Made by a program: the position numbers and the translations under genes. Positions 14,641-28,518 of a DNA stretch of 64,000 nt are shown here, in pieces; position 1 is the stretch's first letter; every line of letters begins with the position of its first letter. Location of the stretch: positions 77,872,001 through 77,936,000 of the forward strand of contig OX597815.1 of NCBI GenBank assembly GCA_951406725.2, written 5' to 3'. The notes under the pieces are model-generated. The model ran no database searches and was not told where the DNA came from. It saw nothing but the letters and a program-made list of their open reading frames with translations. Origin of the DNA: Octopus vulgaris. Lineage: Eukaryota.

Positions 14641-17588
14641 AGTATTATTATTATTATTATTATTATTAAAGTGGTGAACTAGCAGAATGTAATCGTCCTA
14701 CCTTCTGGCCTTGTGCCTACAGTAGGAAAGAATCATTAGCAGTATTTTGCCTGTCACTACATTCTGAATTCAAATTCTGCCAAGGTCAACTTTGCCTTTC
14801 ATCCTTTTGGGGTCAATAAACTAAGTACCAGTTATGCACTGGAGTGGATGTAATCGATTATCCCACTCCCTCAAATTTCAGGCGTTGTGCCTATAGTAAA
14901 AAAGATTATTATTATTATTATTATTTATTATTATCATCATTATTAAGGTGGTGAGCTGGTAGAATCATTAGCACACTGGGTAAAATGCTTAGCAGCATTT
15001 TGTCTGTATTGACAGCCTAAATTCAAGTGGGGATTAGTGACAGAAAGGGCCTCTGGCATAGATAACTCTGCCACAACATACTCTCATTTGACCCCTGCAA
15101 GCATGGAAAAGTAGACATTAAATAGATGATGATGACAATGACAATGATTGTGGGAGGTATGATGATGATGATGATGATGATGATGGTGGGGGTGGTGATG
15201 ATGATTTTGTGTAAAAGAATTGGAGGTGCTCTCAGGCAGGTTGGTACCAAAAGGATTAACATCCACAAATCATTTCTTTATTAGTTTCCACATCATAAAA
15301 CAAAGAATTCAACTAATGTTACTCTCACTCATATCATAAACTACATAATTTAAGGTAATTCAGTCTTTACACGTCATAAAATGTTGACAATCTCTTGTTA
15401 TATGCTCAGATCTTACAGTGAACCACTTCTTTCTCATGTATTTCTTTCTCGTTCATTCACTCCTCATTCATATCAACTTTCATACAGAACCCATAAACCC
15501 AGTTCAAACTCTTTAGCCTTTCCATTATGTCCGAGAATATTTCAGATTCCCTACAACGAACAGTACAACATATTTCCCTCCAATTACATTGTTACTATCC
15601 ATATTTCTGAATTATATAGAAATATCGATCCTGTAACTTAAAATAATCTTTTGTTTTTTATTTTTGGTTTTTTTTTTCTGGAAGCAAATCCCACCACCAC
15701 CACCTTGCCACCAATTTATACAAAGTGATATATTTGATTATTTCCTGTTCATAGTCTACTCTGCCCAGCTCCATCCCATATCATATTTCTTCAATCTATC
15801 ATAGCTCTATTTTCATCTAGGTCATCTCTACTGAACTGATTCATATACACTGGTCATTCTGAACTATGATATCATGTCTGGGCTAAAAAGCTACTGGAAA
15901 TCATTTTCTTGTGACTTTGTAGCTGGTCAGGGATTAATACTTCTTATTTCAGTTCTAGAGTGACGAGTTGTTCAGTTCCTTTGCATGAGTTAATAAAAGT
16001 GAAAAGAAAGGTATATTATGGAGAATGAGAGCAATTTTTAAAGTAACCATCAGAAATATAGTTCAGAATTTTCCGTAATTTCTCCAAACACACGCATTGT
16101 AACAGTAGCAAAGTGCATAATATTTAAAAGTCAGTAAATAGATGTCTCTACCGTAATACTAAATCAGTAAATAAGTCATCATTGTCATTGGGTAAAGACC
16201 ACCTTCGGTTGTGAATGGCCATAGGATTGCACCTAGAAAGTTACCCTCTGAGGTCATCATCATCATTATCATCATCATCACCACCACCACCACCATCATC
16301 ATCATCAGCATCATCACTGTCTTTGCCATCATTGTTTTAATGTCACTTATCTATGCTTGCATGGGTCTGACAGTGTTTGTTGAATCAGATTTTCAACAGC
16401 CAGATGCCCTTCCTGTCACCAAACTTCACTTGTTTCCATGCCAAGTAATATTTCCCTTTGGCCAGACTTGTTCTCGTGGGATATTGGAAATGGATGACAC
16501 TACTTGTATGACTGTTATCATCATTTATAACTATCATAGAGTGTCCAGACAAGGAAATATATACATGCATACACTCACACTCTCCTCACCACACACACAC
16601 TCGCATGTGTGTGTGTGTGTGTGTATGAAAGACATGGCCTAGGGGTTAGAGTGTTGCATTCATGATTGTGAGATTATAGTTTTGGTTCCCAGAGCAGCAG
16701 CACCACTACTCTAGGGCAGAATGGACCAGGGAACAAAAAAAACTAAGAGACAGTTCCATACGCTTCAAAACCCTCAAACTCCCAAAGCCCCACTACCAGA
16801 TACAGTTTAAAGTCATTCCTGTAATATTGGGAAATATGACCAATGCCAGTGTTGTGTAACTGGCACCTGCAGTGGTGGCACATAAAAATCACCTTTTGAT
16901 GTGGTGAAGCATGGTCTTCAAACTTTAGGCCTCACAGAAGCAATGACAAATGATCAAGACCCTTGGTAATATGTCATGCTTGAGAAGAAGACCCATCAAG
17001 CCAACTGAAATCATAGTCATGGCAATAGTGGTGTTGTACTACTGTCACCCATGCTGGTGGCATGTAAAAGCATCCATTACACTTGCAGTGGTTGGTGTTA
17101 GGAAGGGCATCCAGCCATAGAAATCATGCCAAATCAGACTGGAGTCTGGTGCAGCCCCCAGCTTACCAACCCTGGTCAAATTGTCCAACCCATGCCAGCA
17201 TGGACAATGGACGTTAAAAGATGATGATGATGATGAATGGCTACTAATTTGATTAATACTTAGTGACTTCATGCTGTCACTAAATACTAACCACAGAGCC
17301 TCAGAGAGAGGTAATCGGATTGTAGAAGTGTTTGTCACTATAATCCAATGATGTACTGATGTCTCTTTATGATAGCCTCATTTGTCATTCCATCAACTGA
17401 AAATCCTATGGTGATGGAAGGGTGGTGACTTGTACAGACTTGACCAGATGGAAGTGCGCAGTGGGTTACAACTTTCATCTTTCACCTGTTCTTCAAATCA
17501 TGCAGATCTGCAATGGGACTGAATAGTCATCTGAGAGATAGACTATTCACCATGTGTGTGTAAGTGTGTGTATATATCATCATCATCA

Positions 17589-17719
17589 TCATTTAGCGTC
17601 CGCTTTCCATGCTAGCATGGGTTATCATCATCATCATCATCATCATCATCATTAAACGATGATGATGATGATGATGATGATGATAACCCATGCTAGCATG
17701 GAAAGTGGACGCTAAATGA
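17589..17719. repeat. Fold-back inverted repeat of a SINE 3' tail plus (ATC)n/(GAT)n
   Basis: TCATTTAGCGTCCGCTTTCCATGCTAGCATGGGTT(ATC)n ... (GAT)nAACCCATGCTAGCATGGAAAGTGGACGCTAAATGA. Confidence 0.9.
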
Positions 17720-17907
17720 ATGATATATATATATATATATATATATAGGTAAACGTTAAAAAAACACAAACTGGGACAAGAACGTGAAACATTTTGAAGA
17801 CGGCAAAAAAACACACAGATCATCTTCGCAATTTCGGCTGATTAATCTTGAGATTGCTCCAATATATATATATATATCATCATCATCATCATTACCGTTT
17901 AACGTCT

Positions 17908-18031
17908 GCTTTCCATGCTAGCATGGATTGGATGATTTGACTGAGGTCTGGCGAACTAGATGGCTGCACTAGACTCCATCTGGTTTGCCAGATCTCAGTC
18001 AAATCGTCCAACCCATGCTAGCATGGAAAGC
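17908..18031. repeat. Fold-back inverted repeat (56-bp arms, 12-nt loop) of a family C SINE tail
   Basis: 17908-17963 is the reverse complement of 17976-18031 with 5 transition mismatches. Confidence 0.9.
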
Positions 18032-18049
18032 GTACATACATACACATAC

Positions 18050-18447
18050 AGGTGTGGCTGTATGGTAAGAAGCTTGCTTCCTAACCAGTCCTGGGTTCAG
18101 TACCATTGTGTCACCTTGGGCAGGTGTCTTCTACTATAGCCTTGGGCTAACCAAAGCCTTGTGAGTGAATTTAGTAGGCAGAAACTGAAAGAAGCCCATT
18201 GTATACATACATGTATATATTTATGTGTATGTCTTTATGTCTGTGTTTGTCCCCTACCACATCACTTGGCAACTGATGTTGAGAGTGTTTACATCCTTGT
18301 AACTTAGCAGTTTGGCAAAATAAATCAATAGAATAAATACCAGGCTTACAAAGAATAAGTCCTAGGGTCATTTGTTTGACTAAAAACCCATTTAAGGCAG
18401 TGCTGCAGCACTGCAGCAGTCAGATGACTGAAACAAGTTAAAGAATA
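18050..18447 (+). mobile_element. CORE-type tRNA SINE (family B), near full length
   Basis: GGTGTGGCTGTATGGTAAGAAGCTTGC head, ACCTTGGGCAGGTGTCTTCTACTATAGCC core, ATGACTGAAACAAG tail. Confidence 0.85.
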
Positions 18448-18948
18448 ATGTGTGTGTGTGTATAAATATGTATGTGTGTGTGTACATGTGTAACACACGT
18501 ACACACACACACAGTGGGAATCTTTCAGTTTTTGTCTACCGAATCTACTTACAAAGCTTTGGTCTACCCAGAGCTATAGTAGAAGATAATTGGCTAAGAA
18601 GCCACAAAGAGTGAATGAACCCGAAACTGTTACCTGTGATATGATGGGTGATTTTGGAAGAATACTTCTGCCACCATTGATAATATCAGGAAATATGACA
18701 TACAGACAATAATTATTTTTATCATATTTCAATGACATGAATACTAATTTTCAGAAGAATTTTACGTTAAAATAGAATAAACTTTTCATTTGCATAACTC
18801 CTCCAATAACTATTCTTCACTTACTGCCTCTTCCTCCTATGTCTCTGATTTTTTCTTTCTTACTGTGAGTAGTGTTTCTTTGCTCATTGCCTGCCACCAA
18901 GCCTTGTATGTGTACCCATCCTGCACCTCTTATGTTAACTCTCTTACC

Positions 18949-18984
<36 letters not shown>

Positions 18985-19298
18985 TCCCTTTTTTTCTGTA
19001 CAATATAATGCATGACTGGATAAATCAAGCAAGTAGCCCACACTTATTTCGATAAATATATAGTGACACTAAAAATCAATAAATTGGTGTCCATACTATA
19101 AAAACTTAGTCACTAAACAGTTGTCTTATGATACTAGTAAATATGTTTCTATAGTATAATACTAAGTCAGTAAGTCGGTGTCTACTCTCAACACTGGCTG
19201 TGTTTATAGTGAACAGAAGTGTGTTGATGTGTGAAAGGTTGACATGAAATTCTCTGATACTTGTCTCAAGTGTATTGAGATGTGACTTGTAGGGGGTT

Positions 19299-19517
19299 GA
19301 ACTCTTTAACATTCAGATTAATGTAATGCTTCTTTATTCACATTGTTTTGAATTAATCATGCATTATTTTGTAGCTTTTAGAATTTAATAATGTAATTGC
19401 TTACTTTCCAGAATGACATTGTAGGGTAAGTGTGTGAAATCAGATCTGTCTTGTTTGAACATATAACAGGTAGAATATTTGGGCCTGATTTGGTTGGTTT
19501 AAATGCTAAAGTGTTGA
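19299..19517. mobile_element. Probable piggyBac-type MITE
   Basis: Ends AACTCTTTAACATT ... AATGCTAAAGTGTT resemble degenerate TTAA-CCCTTTAGCATT inverted termini. Confidence 0.5.
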
Positions 19518-21445
19518 GGCTATACATTTGACTATCAAGCTATGGTCAAGCTACATGGTCAGAGTGTGTTCTCATGATTGATGTGGCAAAGATGTAAATT
19601 CAACCACAGCAGCACTCGCTGTAATTTAGACCACTAGTTGTGTAGATATAGACTGGAGTGTGTCGAGATGCAGGTAGTGTAACAAAGATTGAACCAGTTC
19701 TTCTTATCAATATTCCACTCTCATCAGGAGTTGCGTAGCTTAATGGTACAGTGCACTTAGCCAGATTAAGAGAGGTACAATGTTCTATTCTCTGTATAGT
19801 AGCTTGCTGGCCACTTTTTAAGGCAGTGAGCTAACAGAATCATAACTGTGCCAGACAAAATGCTTAACAGCATTTCATCCATCTTTACATCCTGAGTTCA
19901 AATTCCTCCAAGGTCAATTTGCCTTTCCCCATTTTGAGGTCAATAAAATAAGTACCAGTTGAACACTGAGGCCAATGTTATTGATTTACTCCCTCCCTGA
20001 AACTGCTGGCCTTGTGTCAAAATTTGAAACCAATATTCCAACCCCCATTGCTATCATCATTGTCATCATGCCATTGTTGTTGTTGTTGCCATCATCATTG
20101 TCGTTGTTATCTGCTTGTATGGCGCTGCTTGTATGACAATGACACTCATTCATTTACAACTATCATGCAATTCCAAGATATGCACTCACATATGCACACA
20201 TCAGATGCATGCACACATTTATGCCAGGTTTCTTTAAGCTTCTATTTACCAAATCCACTCATAAAGTTTTGGCTGGCCCAGAGCTATAGTGGAAGGCACT
20301 TGCTCAAAGTGCCATACAGTGGGACTGAACATGAAACCATGTACTTGAGAATTAAACTTCTTAACCACACTGGCACCACTATGTGGTTAGCCATACAAAA
20401 GTCATGACAGTCATAAATACAAAGAAAAATCAGAACTTCCACTCACCATGTTAATACTTAACACAGTAATGGGATGGTCAGATGGGAATGTTTAATGAGG
20501 TGTTGTGTATAGCTTCCCTTAAAATCTAGGCTGTCATTCTAGTGTATAGTCTGAGGTTGATTCTTTAGATAACAGCCTTTGAGAGGCAGCTTCCTTTTAC
20601 TAGATACCTGGTAAGGTTTCAGCAGTTATGGAATGGAGTGTGGCATGAAGATTGTGTGGGTGCTTGTTTGCTTCTGTTGTAGTGTGCAGTGCTGGTAGTC
20701 ATATTATCTATGCATGAATAGCTAACCTTGATGTTATAGAAATTAAAGAGTTTATGATATCTATGGATTCTTGAGAAATGCTTTCTAATTAGTTTCATAA
20801 GCTTCTAGCTATATTAGTGGAAACACCTTGGTTGAATGGACTTCAAAGTAGATTACCTTTCTCTTTTTAACTCTGATATGTGTGTGTATGTCTGTCATGG
20901 TATTGACCAGCCAATCAGATCTTGTTATATATTGCTGGTCACTGTGCACTTTGCATTGTTTTAGCTTTCAAATGATGCCACCCTATTTCATTACAGGGTT
21001 ACCTATTTACAGCTGAATGTAGTGGAGCAACGTGAAATGAAGTGTTTTGCTCAAGAACACAATGAACCTCCTGGTCTGGGAATCAAACCCATGATCTAAC
21101 TGTCATGAGTGCAACACCCTAACCATTAGACCATGTGCCTTCACACACACACACACATTATGTGTGTATGTGTATATACATACATACATATGTATGTATA
21201 TAAAACATGAATATTTAATCACTGTTGTATTTCACCTTTCTAGAACAACAACTTCTTGCACTCGATTCATAGATGTAAGAAAACTTTGAAACACCGAGTT
21301 TCAACTTCATTGTGTCTCTTATCACTGTTCTGTGTGCATAGGATAATTATCTATTTGGCAGACTGCAGCATGCATCAGCAAATAATTCACTTAATTCCAT
21401 AAACAAGAGCCACCACTCTTGTTTAGTTCATTGATCTAGAGGTAG

Positions 21446-21492
21446 CTTTGACTGAAGAAACAAAACCAGGTTGAAACACTGGTGTTTCAAGG
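21446..21492 (+). ncRNA. Minimal type I hammerhead ribozyme motif
   Basis: CTTTGA-CTGAAGA-AAC(aaaaccag)GTT-GAAA-CACTGGTG-TT-TCAAGG: stems I, II and III plus the conserved core. Confidence 0.65.
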
Positions 21493-21497
21493 TCCTC

Positions 21498-22279
21498 TTA
21501 TTTTTCTAAATAATTGCCATTTCAGTTGATGCATTTTTGTAGGTGCTGGGAAAGTTTTTGTATGTCTTTGTCATACCAGCTCACTGCCATGTCATTGAGG
21601 AAGTATTGAACTTCATCTTTCACCTCGTCGTCATTGCTGAAGTGCATTCCAGCCAAATGTTCTTTCATCTTAAGGAACAGGTGGTAGTCACTGGGTTCCA
21701 ATAATCCAGACTATAAGGTGGGTTGCCATTTATGGTCTTCTGGGAGCATTCGTGGGACGCATCTTGTGCACACCTTCCAATATTGCAACTTTTCACCCTA
21801 TGAATGGTGCTTCAGGTAACTTCAGGAACCAAAATGCAGAGATTATGCTGAGTGATACGCTGATTTTCATGCTTGATTTGCTCAACCTTTGCGACTGTCT
21901 CATCATAAATTGATGATTGCCTGCTTCCTTCTTCATCATGAATTTCAGTATGATTAGCTGCAAACTCCCTACACCACTTGCAGACATTTTTGACATCCAT
22001 GCACAACTCGCCATACATTTCCATTAATTGGCAATGAATTTCGATTGGTTTACTGCCTTTTGCCTTGAAAAACCAAATAACTGCATGAACTTCACACTTG
22101 GTGGTAGTGTCAATCGGGAACTCCATCAGATACTACTGCCAAACCAAGACTGAGCATGGCAACGAGGTGTGTGTAGGGGCTGATGCATGCACAACAAACA
22201 AGTGTTGCCAATAGCTGCACACACAGTTTTCCTGTGTCCCCAATGCTTTGGAGACCTTGCTTTTGGGATTATCCTCATA
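21498..22279 (-). mobile_element. Mariner (DD34D-type) transposon with internally deleted, inactivated transposase (CDS relic 22126-21498)
   Basis: N-terminal HTH EVHAVIWFFKAKGSKPIEIHCQLMEMYG, CVPRML (WVPREL-like), PPYSLD.LEPSDYHLF (YSPDLAPSDYHLF-like), C-terminal KCIN*NGNYLEK*. 5' end TATGAGGATAATCCCAAAAG. Confidence 0.9.
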
Positions 22280-24079
22280 TATGATGTGTACATGTATGTG
22301 CACATACACACACACACACATGCCCACAAACACGCATTTGTTGCGTGAACCTTATGAAGGAAGTGATAAAAGTCTGCAACAAGTGACAAAACATTGTGTT
22401 GATGAAGACCTGCCCAACCCCTACAAGCAAGGGAGAATAGATAATAGTGTCATTGGTGGTTGTGATTTGGGGATGGCAGTGCTGATGACAGCAGTAAGAA
22501 TTGCATTGTATACCATTGTGACACAAGCATAACAATTTAATAAATTACCATTTGTTGTATATGTTATAAAGACTCTGTGTATGCTATTGATTTATCTAAT
22601 ATTTATGAAGAGAGAACATTGACAGAATATATATATTGTTAAAGAAGATATGGCTATTTGGAGTGGGGTGAAGAAACAAGAGGGAAAAAAAAAAGCAAAA
22701 ACCAAAAACGACTTCAGAGGCAATGTAATCTGACACGATAAGTAAATTGATCAAGAATCAAACATCAATATTCTGCACTTCTGATTGTTTTATTTGTGAG
22801 ATTCGTAAAGAAGAGAACACCAAAAAATCTGCTTTGTATTTTCTGCTGAGAAGCTATTTAAAGCAAAGCAAGGTCATTGGTTAAAATAAAACGTATTCAG
22901 CAATATAAAGCTTGTAAGATATTTTTTGTTATTTGTTATTTGTAAGCATCAACAAATACTAAAGATTTTATAAGCTAGAAATAGTTTTTTTAAGGAACAT
23001 GTAGAAACTTTATGTATTCTCTTAGACTCAACATAAGTTTTACAATCTTTTGTAAAGAAAACAAAGTAAACATTTTAAAAACAATCAGAAGATATTTCTA
23101 TGTGTAGAATATTGTTATAATAACATAAAAGAGAGTGGCCATTTTGTTATGCTTTAGATTGAAATAAAGAAAAGATTTTAAGTAGGGTTGGCAGATTCAG
23201 GGAAAACTAAAGGTTTGAATCTGACGTATGAATTTTGATTTATGTTTATATTTTATGTAATTTTTTTTCCTGGTTTTACTCTTTTTTAATGCTTACTTTA
23301 GTGAGATTTCTTTTATTTATTGGATCAATTGCAGCAGCAGCAATAGCAGTAGTAGTTGTTGTTTAAACTCCAGGTCAATCCTGAGTGAACACACCTATGA
23401 TCAAAGGTGTTATGGATGTGACCATCCTGACTTTTTTTTTAAAGTTCCTTTTCTTATTAAGACCATAGAATCTGATTTAAGAGAGATTTTACTGTTATTT
23501 CTAGAGGTCAAGCAACCATGTAGAGGTAACCTTATTCACTTTTAGCTAGACTCCTTTTCATAATGTTATCTGCTCAGCTATAAAGTTGTATGATTTTTGA
23601 TTTTTCCAGTTTCAGCTAATGAGCTGTGGCCATGCTGGGGCACTGCCATATATATGCCAGTTGTGAAAAATTGGTGCAGACACTGTTAGCATACTACAGA
23701 TAGTGGCTATAGAAAGCAGAGTGATATTTTGTTAAGTTCCTTTACATTATGAGTTCAAACCCTGAAGTCTTTATTCTAGTTGTAGTCCCTCCTATATATC
23801 AGGCAGCAAGATATCTCCAATTATCCCAATTTTTAGTATAGTCACTGGCATTTTACTAGGTAATATTAAGTTCTTTAGATCCTCTTTGAAGATGGCACAC
23901 TATATTTTCTTGGGTCTTTCTCTCTTCCTTCTGTCTTGGGCATTTGTTCTGGCAATTGGAAAACATGACCTACAAGTCTCATTCTTGATCACCTACAGGG
24001 ACAGAATCACAAACCTTGAAGAGATAAGCTTAACTTTTCATCCTTCTTTTCCTCTTTTATTTAGACAAAAGGGCAGACT

Positions 24080-24290
24080 TTTGTAGGCTGATAAGCTTGA
24101 TGTAGTTAATGTTCCATTTAAGTTGCTGGTAGTCAACACCTGCAGGAAAGACATTGATGATAAGGAGATTCCAGAGCAATAACATCTTAAGGATGAAGGA
24201 CTGAAATAGTAGTTAGTACTGGACCTGGAAGGTAGATTGGATACAACAAGAATAACAAGAGCCAGAGGAACATGTTGATCAAGATTGCAA
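24080..24290 (-). mobile_element. Degenerate L2/CR1-group LINE C-terminal fragment
   Basis: SFILKMLLLWNLLIINVFPAGVDYQQLKWNIN resembles the SF.P....LWN.LP..VFP...L..FK motif. Confidence 0.45.
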
Positions 24291-25620
24291 CACTACTACT
24301 TACTGTTTACCTTGTAAGCTGGTCAAATTCTCTGTTTTTAAATTAGTTAAGTCAAATTGTGCATTTTGGGAACATCAGAAATATTTATCTTTAATATATT
24401 TTTTTAAAACTAGAGTGGTAAGATGGCAGTATCATTAGCACATCAGGCAAAATGCCTAGTGGTATTTCATCTGTCTTTACATTCTAAGTTCAAATTCCAG
24501 AATGATTGACTTTGCCTTTCATCCTTTCAGGGTCGATAAAATAATTATTTGTTGAGCACTGGGGATAATGTAATTGATATAATCTCTCCCCCCCAAATTG
24601 CTGACCTTGTGTCGAAATTTGAGACCAGTTTTACTTTTAAAACTGTCATATGTTCAGATTGATAAATAGATTGTTGTTGTGACCCTGTCTTTATTTTCCA
24701 GACATAGCTAATCTAAGGCTAAATGTATTCTTCCTTTGAAAAGGTTAATAGTGTAATTATGAGAGATTTGGCTACTATTTCTATCAGATTTAGTTGACAA
24801 CATTAGTTCTTTCATTTCTTACCATTTGGTTTCTTACCAACATTTAAAAAAAAGAAAAAGCAAGCTGTTTAATATGCAGTGCAATGTTTATCACTTTCTG
24901 AAATATGAGATATCCATACTATTTTAATAACATGCAAGAGATGGTCAGGTATGGGGCTTGTGTGAGATTTGTTTGCTACTTCTAGCTGGTCAAAAAGCTG
25001 TACAATAGAGGTTCTTTCCTTGGCTAGTAATTAAGGGTGATTTATTGTTTCTCTCATGACAGTTTTAAAAAGACTCCAATAGGTTCATTTTATGTTGCGT
25101 CATTATATTTATGCATATGACTCACTTAGTTTTGGCCAAGCAATCATCCTACTTTCTACTAACATCACCACCCATTTTGGTAAATCAGTAATTCTCAAGG
25201 GTCCTTTCCCTAATCCTGAGAACTATGTTAAGGGTACATGTGTCTGTGGAATGCTCAGCCACTTGCACATTAATTTCACAAGCAGGTTGTTTCATTGATC
25301 GGATCAACTGGAAACCTTGTCATCGTTACCAACTGAGTGCCAGTATTTATATATGCGTGTGTGCATGTGTATATGTGTATATATATATATGTATATGTGT
25401 GTATATATATATATACCTGTATATATATATATATATCATCATCATCATTTAACATCATCATCCATGTTGGCATGGGTGGAACAGTTTGACAAGAGCCAGC
25501 CAGGCAGAAGCTTGCACCAGACTTCTGTAACTGTTTTGGCAGGATCTTTACTGCTGGATGCCCTTCCTAACACCAACCACTCAGCAGAGTGTATACATAT
25601 ATATATAAATAAATAAATAA

Positions 25621-25654
<34 letters not shown>

Positions 25655-26024
25655 GAGATTTGTACAGCCACAAAATTTATCTTATCAAATTTGATCAAAT
25701 TCGGCTGCTATTTTTAGCAGGCACAGAAATGATGAAGAAGCACCTTCATTATCTGCTTATGATTACGTGTGTGCGTGTTACTATGTGTGTCTGCTGCTAA
25801 CTTTATGTAAGTGTATGTGTATGTATGAGACTGTATATGGGTATATGTGTATGTATTTTAATATGTATGTCAGCATTTCCAATAAATGGCTTGGTTATGA
25901 AAAATGATTTGAAGATAAGTTACAACAAATAGTTAAGGCTATTTTTAATATGGTACATCAAAGATTACAGGATAGAATTTCTTATTAGATAACATGTGTG
26001 TGTATGTATGTGTTTGTGTGTGTG

Positions 26025-26093
<69 letters not shown>

Positions 26094-26916
26094 GTATGTG
26101 TGTGTGTGTGTGTAAACTATCAAAGAGGTGAAAGAGAAAGACAAGATCAGGTTAACATTTATCTTTAAATTGCTGTTATTTTCCTCAGAAATATTCTATT
26201 CTAAGGCTCCGAAAATGCTGCTCCTTATTTCTATTTCCAATTAGTCCTCGTCAGTTTGACAACTTAAAAACATTTACTTGTATCCCATAATCTGGTTTAT
26301 GATTTAGAATTAGTTAGCAGATATCAAGAGTAGAAGATCTGGGTGTCCATTGACCGAGAATTGTCCACTACAAAGTCAGGTTGACTGTACTAACTGATGA
26401 CCTTGTTTGTCATTAGTTCATTCCACACTTATTATCTGTATGTGTGTTTTGGGTATAAGTAGTGGTGGTAAAATAGACAGGTGTTCTGATATTAGTACTT
26501 TAACCACTGTAGCTTCACCTTGCTGACCTGCAAGCTCCCTAGCTTTATTTTTGGCTTCAAATAAACAGAAAGAAATAAGAAAGAGGAGAGGACTGGTGGT
26601 CAAAGGCTATTTGGTATGTTATAAAAGCTTAACTTAACGCTGGGTTTGGATTTTAATTTATTTTGGGAAATGAACAAGCTGTCATGTTTGTAAATAGATG
26701 AGTGAAGAAAACTGCTTACCTTAACACATGAAGTTTTACATAGTAGAAATTGTATAGATAATGTGTTGGAAATGTATTTATATGCTTAGAGAATATAAAT
26801 ACTCACATAATATAGGTGTACTCACAAAAAATGTATTTTTAAGCACAGATGCACATATGCTGTGTGTATATATATGTATATAATCATCATTTAACGTCCG
26901 TTTTCCATGCTAAAAA

Positions 26917-26955
<39 letters not shown>

Positions 26956-27003
26956 TACATACAAATATATATGTATATGCATATGTACATGTATACATGT
27001 ATG

Positions 27004-27053
<50 letters not shown>

Positions 27054-27224
27054 CACAATGAAACACGCACATATATACCAAAACACACATGTATGGAAAC
27101 ATTCTACCTGGCACGATTATATTCGAGATATGTGTTTTAATCAATAGACATTCAAATGTTTAGTTTTATAATCTCAAGCATCTTTATTTGTTCAAGATTG
27201 CCATTTGTTCCTCTAGCCTGTTTC

Positions 27225-27272
27225 TCTCTCTCTCTTACTCTCTCTCTCTCTCTCTCATTCTTTCTATATATG

Positions 27273-27305
<33 letters not shown>

Positions 27306-27818
27306 ATATGTATGTGTGTGTGTGTATATGTATATGTGTGTGTGTGTGTGTGTGTATATATGTATATGCATGTGTGTGTGTAAATATGTATATGCGTGTG
27401 TGTGTTTGTGTATATATGTATATGCGTGTGTGTGTGTATATATGTATATGCGTGTGTGTGTATATATGTATATGTGTGTGTGTGTGTGTATATATGTATA
27501 TGCATGTGTGTGTATATATGTATATGCATGTGTGTGTGTGTATATATGTATATACATGTGTGTGTGTGTGTGTGTATATATATGTATATGCATGTGTGTG
27601 TGTGTGTATATATATGTATATATATATGTTTATATATATATGTATATATATATGTTTATATATATGTATATATATATGTATGTATATATATAAATATATA
27701 TATATATTGTTATATTTCGGAATGGTCATATTGCCAGTTTAGCCATTCCGAAATATAACAATATCTGTTTCAACATACGATTTCACATAAAAAATCTTGC
27801 ACAACAAATATTTAAACG

Positions 27819-27853
<35 letters not shown>

Positions 27854-27902
27854 TTGAGATAGGGGTTGTGAGTGAGGTGTATTTCTCCATTTTCTTATTT
27901 TG

Positions 27903-27951
<49 letters not shown>

Positions 27952-28098
27952 GCATGTATGTATATATATATTATATGCATGTATATATATATATGTTATA
28001 TATATGCATGTATATATATATATTATATGCATGTATGTATATGCATATGATATATATGTATATATATATATATATATGCATGTATATATATATATATG

Positions 28099-28134
<36 letters not shown>

Positions 28135-28164
28135 TATATATATATATATATATAACATATATAT

Positions 28165-28202
<38 letters not shown>

Positions 28203-28332
28203 GGTATGTATATATATACTATATATATATATGTATATTTGTATATATATATGTATATATATAATATATATATGTATATGTATATATATATATATGCATA
28301 TATATATATATGTATATATATTATATATATAA

Positions 28333-28375
<43 letters not shown>
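27225..28375. repeat. Compound (CT)n/(GT)n/(AT)n microsatellite field with short inserted unique pieces
   Basis: Directly visible. Confidence 0.9.
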
Positions 28376-28377
<2 letters not shown>

Positions 28378-28518
28378 GGGAGAATTCACAAAAAAAAAAC
28401 AAAAGAATAAGGCAGGTGGTGTAGACAACAAACAGATGTATTAGTTTAATGCTTGGGAAGTGAAAAAGTCTTTAATGTATCGAGCCTATGCTCTTCCACA
28501 GAAAAGAACATATATATA

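Noticed and set aside
19724-19796. tRNA-like segment (TAGCTTAATGG ... GTTCTATTC)
   Set aside because: Acceptor and T stems do not pair convincingly; at best a decayed tRNA-derived relic. SINE heads elsewhere are likewise not tRNA genes.
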